Assembly: GCA_016840425.1 (NCBI GenBank)
Contig: JAEOSI010000144.1
Span: 1 to 6,114 of the forward strand
Length of the DNA stretch: 6,114 bases
Reading direction: 5' to 3'
DNA from: Candidatus Wukongarchaeum yapensis
GTDB taxonomy: Archaea; Asgardarchaeota; Wukongarchaeia; Wukongarchaeales; Wukongarchaeaceae
Under the pieces are notes generated by a model. The model worked only from the letters and a program-made list of their open reading frames with translations. It did no database searches and was not told where the DNA came from. This document shows, one piece after another, positions 1 to 5,946 of the stretch; position 1 is the first letter of the stretch, and each line of letters starts with the position of its first letter. A program made the position numbers and the translations under genes.

Positions 1-391
1 GTTTAAATATTACAGGATAACCCATTTCTTCCGCTATTTGAAAAGCGGATTTAACGTCGAACCCTACAACAGTTTTTGGGGTTGGCAATCCGTTTTTCGC
101 TAGGAGTACTGATGTTTTCACCTTATCAAAACAGTTTTCAGCTATTAAATATGGGTTTATCACTTCTAATCCCTGATTTTCAAGTACGAAGGTTATGTAA
201 AGCCCTTTGAGAGTACCTACGCATCGCATAATTATGATGTCTGCTTCGATATCATTGGGCTTAGTTAAGGAAAACTTACGTGTTTTGCTATCAATAATAA
301 CTAACTCTCCCCCAAGTTTTTCCACAGTTTCGAAAAGTAAGCGTTCATCAGGCCTAACACGGTCAACCACTATGCCAACCCTAGTAACCAT
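1..391 (-). CDS. lysX: LysX/ArgX family ATP-grasp ligase (alpha-aminoadipate/glutamate--LysW ligase, RimK superfamily), N-terminal 130 codons; gene continues beyond the left edge
   Basis: Manual minus-strand translation from ATG at 391: MVTRVGIVVDRVRPDERLLFETVEKLGG...IIIMRCVGTLKGLYITFVLENQGLEVINPYLIAENCFDKVKTSVLLAKNGLPTPKTVVGFDVKSAFQIAEEMGYPVIFK, open to the edge. DRxRxDE, RC, N...C.DK..TS..L...GLP.PKT and GYPV.K match LysX/ArgX. It lies directly downstream of lysW. Absent from the ORF track because its stop is outside the window. LysX versus ArgX cannot be resolved from this part. Confidence 0.93.
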   Translation of the reverse strand, partial: MVTRVGIVVDRVRPDERLLFETVEKLGGELVIIDSKTRKFSLTKPNDIEADIIIMRCVGTLKGLYITFVLENQGLEVINPYLIAENCFDKVKTSVLLAKNGLPTPKTVVGFDVKSAFQIAEEMGYPVIFK

Positions 392-528
392 GGATCACAA
401 CCCCAAAAAATATTATTTTTACACTAAAAAAATAATGAACCCGATAATTAACACAAACGTCCTATATTGATAAATACCCTTCCACATGATTATTTAAACA
501 ATATTTAATAAAATGAAGTTAGAAGTTG

Positions 529-554
529 AGGGAAAATTTTTTCCAATTTTCCCT
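529..554 (-). repeat. Perfect 10-bp inverted repeat (hairpin) abutting the lysW stop codon
   Basis: AGGGAAAATT (529-538), 6-nt loop TTTTCC, AATTTTCCCT (545-554). The lysW TAA occupies 555-557. The repeat is certain; its function is inferred. Confidence 0.75.
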
Positions 555-734
555 TTATTCGCCCCAATCTTCTCCTTCTAATTCAGCGATCTCAAAGAGT
601 AAAGGCTCTATAGAGATTACCTCAAGGGTAACACCACATTCCTCACAGGTGGTAATTTCCCTGATTAAAGGGTCTTTTAAACCAATTAAAGCGCCACATT
701 CTGGACATTCTCCTGTTCTTGCAATCTCTACCAT
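555..734 (-). CDS. lysW: LysW/ArgW amino-group carrier protein (zinc ribbon, 59 aa)
   Basis: Two CxxC motifs (CPECG, CEECG), highly acidic (15 D/E versus 3 K/R) and the diagnostic C-terminal EDWGE. Start moved from the track's 755 to ATG at 734 because GAGGTGAT (742-749) lies 7 nt upstream. Confidence 0.97.
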   Translation of the reverse strand: MVEIARTGECPECGALIGLKDPLIREITTCEECGVTLEVISIEPLLFEIAELEGEDWGE

Positions 735-741
735 AAATCCA

Positions 742-749
742 ATCACCTC
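742..749 (-). promoter_or_regulatory. Shine-Dalgarno site of lysW (GAGGTGAT)
   Basis: Complementary to the archaeal 16S rRNA 3' end (AUCACCUC), 7 nt upstream of ATG 734. Confidence 0.8.
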
Positions 750-802
750 AGCCAAAATAATTACATGGTTGTATTACTAGGAAAAAAGGAAGGTATAATT
801 GG

Positions 803-823
803 TTTTAAAAACCTATCTTTTTC
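803..823 (-). promoter_or_regulatory. Putative BRE/TATA promoter of lysW
   Basis: Minus strand reads GAAAAAGATAGGTTTTTAAAACC: a purine-rich element followed by TTTTAAAA (803-810), about 70 nt upstream of the lysW start. The BRE-TATA spacing is not ideal. Confidence 0.4.
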
Positions 824-847
824 ATCTTTCTAACCGATAGATCAATA

Positions 848-907
848 GTTAAACTTTTGGATAATACAAAAACTTAACGATATAGCTGGATAATACAAAA
901 ACTTAAC
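848..907. repeat. Perfect 21-bp direct repeat (2 copies, 29-bp period) plus an inverted half-site; operator-like
   Basis: TGGATAATACAAAAACTTAAC at 858-878 and 887-907, separated by GATATAGC. GTTAAACTTTTG (848-859) is a 10/12 inverted match to CAAAAACTTAAC (867-878). Confidence 0.85.
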
Positions 908-928
908 AATTTTTTTGGAAAAAACCCT

Positions 929-945
929 AAAAAACTCTTTAAATG
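929..945 (+). promoter_or_regulatory. Putative BRE/TATA promoter of the gelsolin-like gene
   Basis: AAAAAAC-TC-TTTAAATG, with the TATA-like box at 938-945, about 55 nt upstream of ATG 999. SD-like GAGGTAGTGATC at 985-996. Confidence 0.55.
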
Positions 946-998
946 ATTTTAACGTACTATAATATGATAAGCTATTCCATAAGCGAGGTAGTGATCAA

Positions 999-1262
999 AT
1001 GAAAAAGTTACGTGTTGCAGAAGATGGTGACACAGAAGAATTAAGTTCTATGTCATTTGGCTCGGATGAGGTTTTTTTGATCGTTGATGAAGAAGGGAAG
1101 AATGTCTACATCTGGATAGGATGCAATGCAAACGTTAGAAAAAGGTTTGCCGCGGCGAGGGCAGCAGGAGAGATAAAGCGACAAGACTTAACATATAGTA
1201 ACATTACTATTGACGAGGAGCATGAACCTGCTGGCTGGCGTTCTAAAATTTTGACAGTCTAA
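999..1262 (+). CDS. Single-domain gelsolin/villin-repeat protein (Asgard-type eukaryotic signature protein, putative actin regulator), 87 aa
   Basis: FGSDEVFLIVDEEGKNVYIWIGCNANVRKRFAAARAAGEIKRQ...ITIDEEHEPAGW follows the gelsolin-repeat pattern LxSxDVFILD...xYxWxGxxA, then a long helix, then xxExxEPxxF(W). It has a good RBS and its own promoter and terminator candidates. Assignment is by motif recognition, not by database search. Confidence 0.85.
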   Translation: MKKLRVAEDGDTEELSSMSFGSDEVFLIVDEEGKNVYIWIGCNANVRKRFAAARAAGEIKRQDLTYSNITIDEEHEPAGWRSKILTV

Positions 1263-1340
1263 TGGGTTAGTGTTCTTCTTAAATAATGAAATCTGTTTTA
1301 AAAAAGAGTAAAAGGAGTTATTTTCTACCCTAATTTACCC

Positions 1341-1350
1341 TTTTTATTTT
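1341..1350 (+). terminator. Putative oligo-T terminator after the gelsolin-like gene
   Basis: TTTTTATTTT about 80 nt downstream of the stop, typical of archaeal intrinsic terminators. Confidence 0.4.
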
Positions 1351-1459
1351 GTTCAAAAGTCTCTCTCCTCATCCCGGCAATTAAAAGATTTTTAATAATT
1401 TTATAAAATAGGAGGGATTTCAAATCTTACCTTAACCTTAAATTAGTTTTTAGTAGAAG

Positions 1460-1473
1460 CGAAAATTTTTAAG
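1460..1473 (+). promoter_or_regulatory. Putative BRE/TATA promoter of the TrmB-family gene
   Basis: CGAAAA directly followed by TTTTTAAG, about 55 nt upstream of the TTG start. SD-like AAGGAAG at 1512-1518. Confidence 0.65.
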
Positions 1474-1526
1474 AAAGAGTTAGGCAATTTTGTTTTGAAA
1501 AAGGTTTTCGAAAGGAAGAGTTCTTT

Positions 1527-2372
1527 TTGGATGAATTAGAAGAAGTTGAAGAACTTAAAGAGAATTTCGGGCTTAATACCTATGAGGCAAGGGTTTATGT
1601 AGCCCTGATTAAACGAGGGGAGATGGTTCCAAAGAAGATCGGTGTTGAGGCGGATATTCCTTTGCCAAGGACTTATGATACGCTGCGTGCCTTAGAGGAG
1701 AAAGGATTTGTAATCTCTACGCCTAGCAAGGCGGGATCTTCGCGACGTTATAGGGCTGTTGATCCAGAAATTGCTTTAACTAAACGTATGAAGGATTTTG
1801 AAGAAGATTATAAAGCATTAATCAGTAAAAAAAAGAAGTCTTTTAATTTTTTAGTAAAAAAGCTTGCAGAGGCTTTTAAAACTTCAAGCGAAGTTAGGTT
1901 AGAAGAGGTTTTTTTAATAAGAAGGCTAGAAAACATTATTGAAAAAGCTTGGAACATGATAAAACGCGCCAAAAATGAAGTGATTTTAGTAGGATATGCC
2001 ACAATAGAGATATGGAATTACGAGGAATGGAAATTAAAAGAAATGCTCCCAATAATTCACGATAGACTAAAAAACAAGGTCTCCTTCAAACTAATCGTCC
2101 CAAAATTAGAAGAAAACCAGAAAACATTGATAAAAACAATAATTGGCGGATTTAAAGAACTTTTCACGGTAAAAATTAGTGAAAATACAATGCTTGACTT
2201 TTTGATAACAGACCAAAAAGAAATACTTTTAGGAGTGCCTAAACCCGATATGGAAGAAGTTTTTGAAGGAAGCGCTTCAGCTTTATGGTTTCAAAACCCC
2301 CTTTTTGCCAATGCCCTTAAAAGAAACTTTCACCTCTTATGGAACCAAGCGGATACTCTAGAAATATCTTGA
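1527..2372 (+). CDS. TrmB-family transcriptional regulator (winged HTH, dimerisation helix and PLD-like effector domain), 281 aa
   Basis: N-terminal FGLNTYEARVYVALIKRG...IPLPRTYDTLRALEEKGFV...RRYRAVDPE is the TrmB wHTH signature. The C-terminal part (IKRAKNEVIL...DFLITDQKEILLG...LWFQNPLFANALKRNFHLLW) is PLD-like. The TTG start is the only candidate after the in-frame TAA at 1470. Confidence 0.93.
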   Translation: MDELEEVEELKENFGLNTYEARVYVALIKRGEMVPKKIGVEADIPLPRTYDTLRALEEKGFVISTPSKAGSSRRYRAVDPEIALTKRMKDFEEDYKALISKKKKSFNFLVKKLAEAFKTSSEVRLEEVFLIRRLENIIEKAWNMIKRAKNEVILVGYATIEIWNYEEWKLKEMLPIIHDRLKNKVSFKLIVPKLEENQKTLIKTIIGGFKELFTVKISENTMLDFLITDQKEILLGVPKPDMEEVFEGSASALWFQNPLFANALKRNFHLLWNQADTLEIS

Positions 2373-2381
2373 GGTAGTAGG

Positions 2382-2399
2382 TTTTTAGGTGGGCTTTTT
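2382..2399 (+). terminator. Putative oligo-T terminator(s) of the TrmB-family gene
   Basis: Two T5 tracts (2382-2386 and 2395-2399) immediately after the TGA, in the convergent junction. Confidence 0.35.
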
Positions 2400-4509
2400 A
2401 TAAGGTGAGACTTATTCTTGATTCTTGTTTTTCGTTTGGATTAAGGTTGAAGGGGAAAGTGTGGACTAATAGTAAGCCTTGATATGTGTCTTCTCTTCCA
2501 AAATCTGTGATGTTTGTTGTTAATATTTTGTCTATCAGTAAGCAGGATTGGGGGGTTGCTGTGATTTTTATGTTTAAGTTATTGTATGGGTCGGATATTG
2601 AGAGTTTTTTGTATTTCTGCTCTATTGATTCTTCTCTTTCTTTTAGGGGTATTTCAGAGTTATTTTCAAGGTTTGTTATTTTTGTTTGTTCTAGTTCGCT
2701 TATTAGTACTAGAGGTGTTTCGATTATTAGTTGTCCTTTAAGAGTTTCTGGACCTTTATTTTCTATAGTAAAGGTTGCAGTAAGTGTTTCATTTTGACGA
2801 TTGGTTCCGGCTATTTGGAATGACTTCAAAAAGGTTATGTTTGTTCCATTTTGACCTACTTTTAGGTATTCTTCGCGTTTTAATACGCATTTTGTGTCTT
2901 TTAGTTCTTCTATTCGGAAATCTCCCCAAGATAAGCTTCCTAATTCCTGATATTCCCTTTGCATAACACTGGTTTTTGTACTGTTTTCTGGCAGAAGGTA
3001 TATTCGAAATGCTTGGAGGGAATGTCTATCAAAGATCAAACCTGGAACGTTTTCATGGTAGGGTTCTTTTACACGTGTTTTTACATTAAGAAGGTTGAAA
3101 AGGGCTTTTTTACTGTCTAACTCGAAAACACTGCCTCCCTTATGAGGGGAGATGTAAACGTTTAAATTATGTCCTTCTATCAAAATCTCAGGGATAAAGT
3201 CACAATTGAAGTCTAATTCAAGCATTCTTGGCAGTTTAAACACGCTTAAGTTTTGCAGTAATTTTTCTGCTTCTCTCTCTGCGAAAATTAAATGCTTGTA
3301 AACACTGTTGCGAAGAGATCTGAGGTACACTCCTCCAAAAAGCCCATGCCAATAAACATCATTACACTGCGCTTTAAACAGTTCTCTTTTAAGGGTTCCT
3401 ATTAAACTTTCATCTGCTCCCCTTTTTTCTGCTTCAAGGATCTTTTTACGTACATAAAGCATTTTATTATGCATATTAGAGGACTCAGAGTATTTTGTGA
3501 GAAAGTTTCTCCAAAAACCACCCTTTGAAAACCAAAAAATTAAGCTTTTAAAATAAATTTCTTGATGCTCGGCTATTTCCATCATTTTTTTGTAACCGAT
3601 CTGGGCACCAGTTGGAAGGGACCAAACAGACAGCTTATCATAAGAAACCGTGGGAAGATAGATAAGACTCGACGGGTTAAAAACTGCAACATATTCTGAG
3701 AGAGTTGTAGGGATAATCCAAGGAGTTTCCTCAATCATTTTTAGAAAAGCAGACATCCAAGGCCGACCATCATAACCGCTTACATAACAGATATCGTGAG
3801 TTGTTCTGTCACCAGCAGGCCATTCTCCCATTTTTTCAGAATCACTACTGAAAACCACTATGCGATTTTTTTCAAAATTCTTAACCCTTGAAAGGAAATC
3901 TTTCGTTTCTTCTGGGAGTTTCCAAGGGGTAAGGTAGCGTATGGTTTCATTTATGGGGAATATTTTAACAGGGTAGCCTTGATCTTCGGTAACGAAAGGG
4001 TAAAAGGTTTCTTCTTCCTTAAAACCAAGATATTTTATGTGATTATCATCGATCAAAACATACTCTATTCCTGCCTTATGAAGGCTTTTTGGAAGTTGGG
4101 GCTCCCAAACTCTTTCTGCCAACCATAACCCTTTTGGATCGTAATTAAAAATTTCTTTTATACGTGTTTTGTGAAGGCTTATTTGATCTACTCGGTCTTC
4201 TTCAGGAATCACCGCAAGTATAGGCTCATAATAACCCCCCGAAAGAATCTCTGCTTGACCTCTTTTAACCATTGAACGAACCATATCGATATGTTCAGGA
4301 TGATTATATTCAAGCCACTCTAAAAGAAAGCCTGAATAATGGAGACAAACTTTCACTTTTGAATGCTCGTAAAGTTCCTTAATCAGCGGGTTATAAGACG
4401 ATTGAAAAACTTTTTCACAAACATGATCAAACTGACCCACAGGTTGGTGAGCATGAAATATCAAAGGAAAATAAACTATGGCTTCAGAAACTTCCTCATT
4501 TAAAGGCAA
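2398..4509 (-). CDS. Glycoside hydrolase family 57, 4-alpha-glucanotransferase / alpha-amylase type (Thermococcus litoralis TLGT / Dictyoglomus AmyA-like), with C-terminal beta-sandwich domain; about 703 aa
   Basis: GH57 conserved regions HAHQP, HYSG.LLEWL, GGYYEPIL, GLWLAERVWEP (nucleophile Glu, codon 4114-4116), SSDSEKMGEWP (acid/base Asp, codon 3841-3843; 91 residues after the Glu, as for E123/D214 of TLGT), GGFWRNFL.KY.ES and AQCNDVYWHGLFGG.YL. Start moved from 4569 to TTG at 4509 because GGAGG (4517-4521) lies 7 nt upstream. No signal peptide, so probably cytoplasmic. Confidence 0.93.
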   Translation of the reverse strand: MPLNEEVSEAIVYFPLIFHAHQPVGQFDHVCEKVFQSSYNPLIKELYEHSKVKVCLHYSGFLLEWLEYNHPEHIDMVRSMVKRGQAEILSGGYYEPILAVIPEEDRVDQISLHKTRIKEIFNYDPKGLWLAERVWEPQLPKSLHKAGIEYVLIDDNHIKYLGFKEEETFYPFVTEDQGYPVKIFPINETIRYLTPWKLPEETKDFLSRVKNFEKNRIVVFSSDSEKMGEWPAGDRTTHDICYVSGYDGRPWMSAFLKMIEETPWIIPTTLSEYVAVFNPSSLIYLPTVSYDKLSVWSLPTGAQIGYKKMMEIAEHQEIYFKSLIFWFSKGGFWRNFLTKYSESSNMHNKMLYVRKKILEAEKRGADESLIGTLKRELFKAQCNDVYWHGLFGGVYLRSLRNSVYKHLIFAEREAEKLLQNLSVFKLPRMLELDFNCDFIPEILIEGHNLNVYISPHKGGSVFELDSKKALFNLLNVKTRVKEPYHENVPGLIFDRHSLQAFRIYLLPENSTKTSVMQREYQELGSLSWGDFRIEELKDTKCVLKREEYLKVGQNGTNITFLKSFQIAGTNRQNETLTATFTIENKGPETLKGQLIIETPLVLISELEQTKITNLENNSEIPLKEREESIEQKYKKLSISDPYNNLNIKITATPQSCLLIDKILTTNITDFGREDTYQGLLLVHTFPFNLNPNEKQESRISLTL

Positions 4510-4672
4510 ACTTTTTCCTCCATTCTTCTTAACCAAATCGGATCGAAAAACAAACCTTAAATTTAACAATGATTACTTCTATGGCTAAAATTTACTTTTA
4601 ACATCTACTGCCAATTATAAGAATGATGCAACTCTTAAAAAATAATTTAATGGCTTTTAAGCGTTTTTAATC

Positions 4673-4731
4673 AAAAAAACAAAAGAACCAAAAAAGCATT
4701 AAGAAACATCCAAAAGAAAAAGAAGTAAAAA
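4673..4731 (-). terminator. Extended oligo-T terminator region downstream of dnaJ
   Basis: Multiple A4-A7 tracts on the plus strand (T tracts on the minus strand) 25-85 nt downstream of the dnaJ stop. This suggests the GH57 gene is transcribed separately. Confidence 0.55.
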
Positions 4732-4757
4732 TTAAAGAACTATTGTTTATTTTAAGA

Positions 4758-5903
4758 TTATTTTGAAAGTTCTGCGAATTTTCTCAACAGTTCTTCCTGC
4801 TCTTTTGTTAGCTTTTCGGGGACTTTGATGTTTACGACTACGTGCATATCGCCCCTTTTTCCTCCTCCAAGCGGGTTTAGGCCTTTTTTCTTGAGCCTAA
4901 AAATGGTGCCTGGTTGTGTACCTTTAGGAATTTTCAGCTTGGCTACACCATCGAGGGTGGGTACTTCTATCTCATCACCCAAGGCGGCTTGGGTAAAATC
5001 TAGCTCTTTTTCTAAAATTATGTGGCTATTGTATCGTTTAAAGAGTTTGTGAGGGCGTACCTGTATATTTACGTAAAGGTCACCGGGCTCAGCTCCGGCT
5101 TCTCCTGCTTCTCCTCCTCTTCTCACCTTTAGACTATGCCCAGTTTCTACCCCAGGCGGGATCTTGATCTTGATTTTTCTTGGTTTTGGGACAACTCCTT
5201 CGCCTTTACATACGGAACATTTCTTTTTGATTTGTTGCCCTGTTCCTCCGCATTGATTACATGTTGAAACAGTTGCAACATACCCAAAAGGAGTTCTACG
5301 TTCTTGTCTTATTTGTCCTGTACCGTGGCAAGTGGGACATTGAACGATATCGTCTTTGCTTTTTGCTCCCGTTCCGTCACATTCTTCGCATTTTACTCTT
5401 GTGTAATATTCTATCTCTTTCTCAAGTCCGGTAAGGACATCTTCCAATTCTATTTCTAGGTTGTAACCTAAATCGGCACCTCTTCTCGGAGCGGAACGCC
5501 AAGAAGGTTCTTCACCCCATCCACGAGACCTTCTTCCAAAATTAAAAAGACGTTCAAATATCGTGCCTGTTTCAAAACCACCAAAGCCAAGAAGGTCGGA
5601 GAAGAGGTCTCTTATATCATCGAAATGGGTAAAGTTTCGGAAGAAGTCAAAACCTCCAGGCCCAAAGTCTGAAGCTACCCCTGCATGACCGAATGTGTCA
5701 TATCGCTGGCGTTTTTCTGGATCGCTTAACACTTCATAAGCTTCAGAGACCTCGATAAACTTTGCTTCAGCCTCTTTTGGATTGTCCTTATTTCTATCTG
5801 GATGATGTTTTTTTGCTAATCTACGATAAGCCCTCTTTATCTCTTCGAGGCTGGCATCTCTACTTACCCCTAAGACCTCATAATAATCTCTTTTCGCTGG
5901 CAT
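4758..5903 (-). CDS. dnaJ: Class A (type I) DnaJ / Hsp40 co-chaperone, 381 aa
   Basis: J domain (RDYYEVLGV...HHPDRN...[16 protein letters not shown]), G/F-rich linker, four CxxCxGxG zinc repeats ([32 protein letters not shown]) and C-terminal domains ([34 protein letters not shown]). SD-like GAGGT at 5914-5918. Confidence 0.98.
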   Translation of the reverse strand: MPAKRDYYEVLGVSRDASLEEIKRAYRRLAKKHHPDRNKDNPKEAEAKFIEVSEAYEVLSDPEKRQRYDTFGHAGVASDFGPGGFDFFRNFTHFDDIRDLFSDLLGFGGFETGTIFERLFNFGRRSRGWGEEPSWRSAPRRGADLGYNLEIELEDVLTGLEKEIEYYTRVKCEECDGTGAKSKDDIVQCPTCHGTGQIRQERRTPFGYVATVSTCNQCGGTGQQIKKKCSVCKGEGVVPKPRKIKIKIPPGVETGHSLKVRRGGEAGEAGAEPGDLYVNIQVRPHKLFKRYNSHIILEKELDFTQAALGDEIEVPTLDGVAKLKIPKGTQPGTIFRLKKKGLNPLGGGKRGDMHVVVNIKVPEKLTKEQEELLRKFAELSK

Positions 5904-5946
5904 TTAACTAGAAACCTCGTCAACCCTCATTAAAACAACTAGGATA

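Noticed and set aside
207-470. 87-aa plus-strand ORF
   Set aside because: Antisense shadow of lysX and the lysW-lysX spacer; S/T-rich, no recognisable motif or RBS.
735-755. Longer lysW N-terminus (MAEVIGF) from the ORF track
   Set aside because: These codons contain the GAGGTGAT ribosome-binding site for ATG 734, and LysW proteins start shortly before the first CxxC.
526-780. 84-aa plus-strand ORF
   Set aside because: Antisense shadow of the well-supported lysW gene.
858-907. Direct repeat as a CRISPR remnant, ORB/replication origin or DnaA boxes (TTATCCAAA-like on the minus strand)
   Set aside because: Only two full copies with an 8-nt spacer, and no cas genes. No ORB consensus or cdc6/orc1 nearby. 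The DnaA-box resemblance is irrelevant in an archaeal context.
1380-1426. Cluster of short palindromes upstream of trmB (ATTAAAAGATTTTTAAT, ATTTTATAAAAT, GATTTCAAATC) as an autoregulatory operator
   Set aside because: Almost entirely A/T, so expected by chance in this composition. No match to the TGM motif TATCAC-N5-GTGATA and no clear copy upstream of the GH57 gene.
1808-2002. 64-aa minus-strand ORF
   Set aside because: Antisense shadow inside the TrmB-family gene.
2486-2966. Two hydrophobic plus-strand ORFs (103 aa and 60 aa)
   Set aside because: Antisense shadows of the GH57 C-terminal domain; their hydrophobicity reflects the reverse complement of A-rich codons.
2398-3000. Six N-x-S/T sequons in the GH57 C-terminal domain suggesting a secreted glycoprotein
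   Set aside because: No signal peptide or membrane anchor. The domain is N/T-rich beta-sandwich sequence and the modest excess is compatible with chance.
4510-4569. Longer GH57 N-terminus from TTG 4569
   Set aside because: A GGAGG site 7 nt before TTG 4509 favours the shorter start, and homologues begin shortly before the HxHQP motif.
4825-5052. 75-aa plus-strand ORF
   Set aside because: Antisense shadow of dnaJ.
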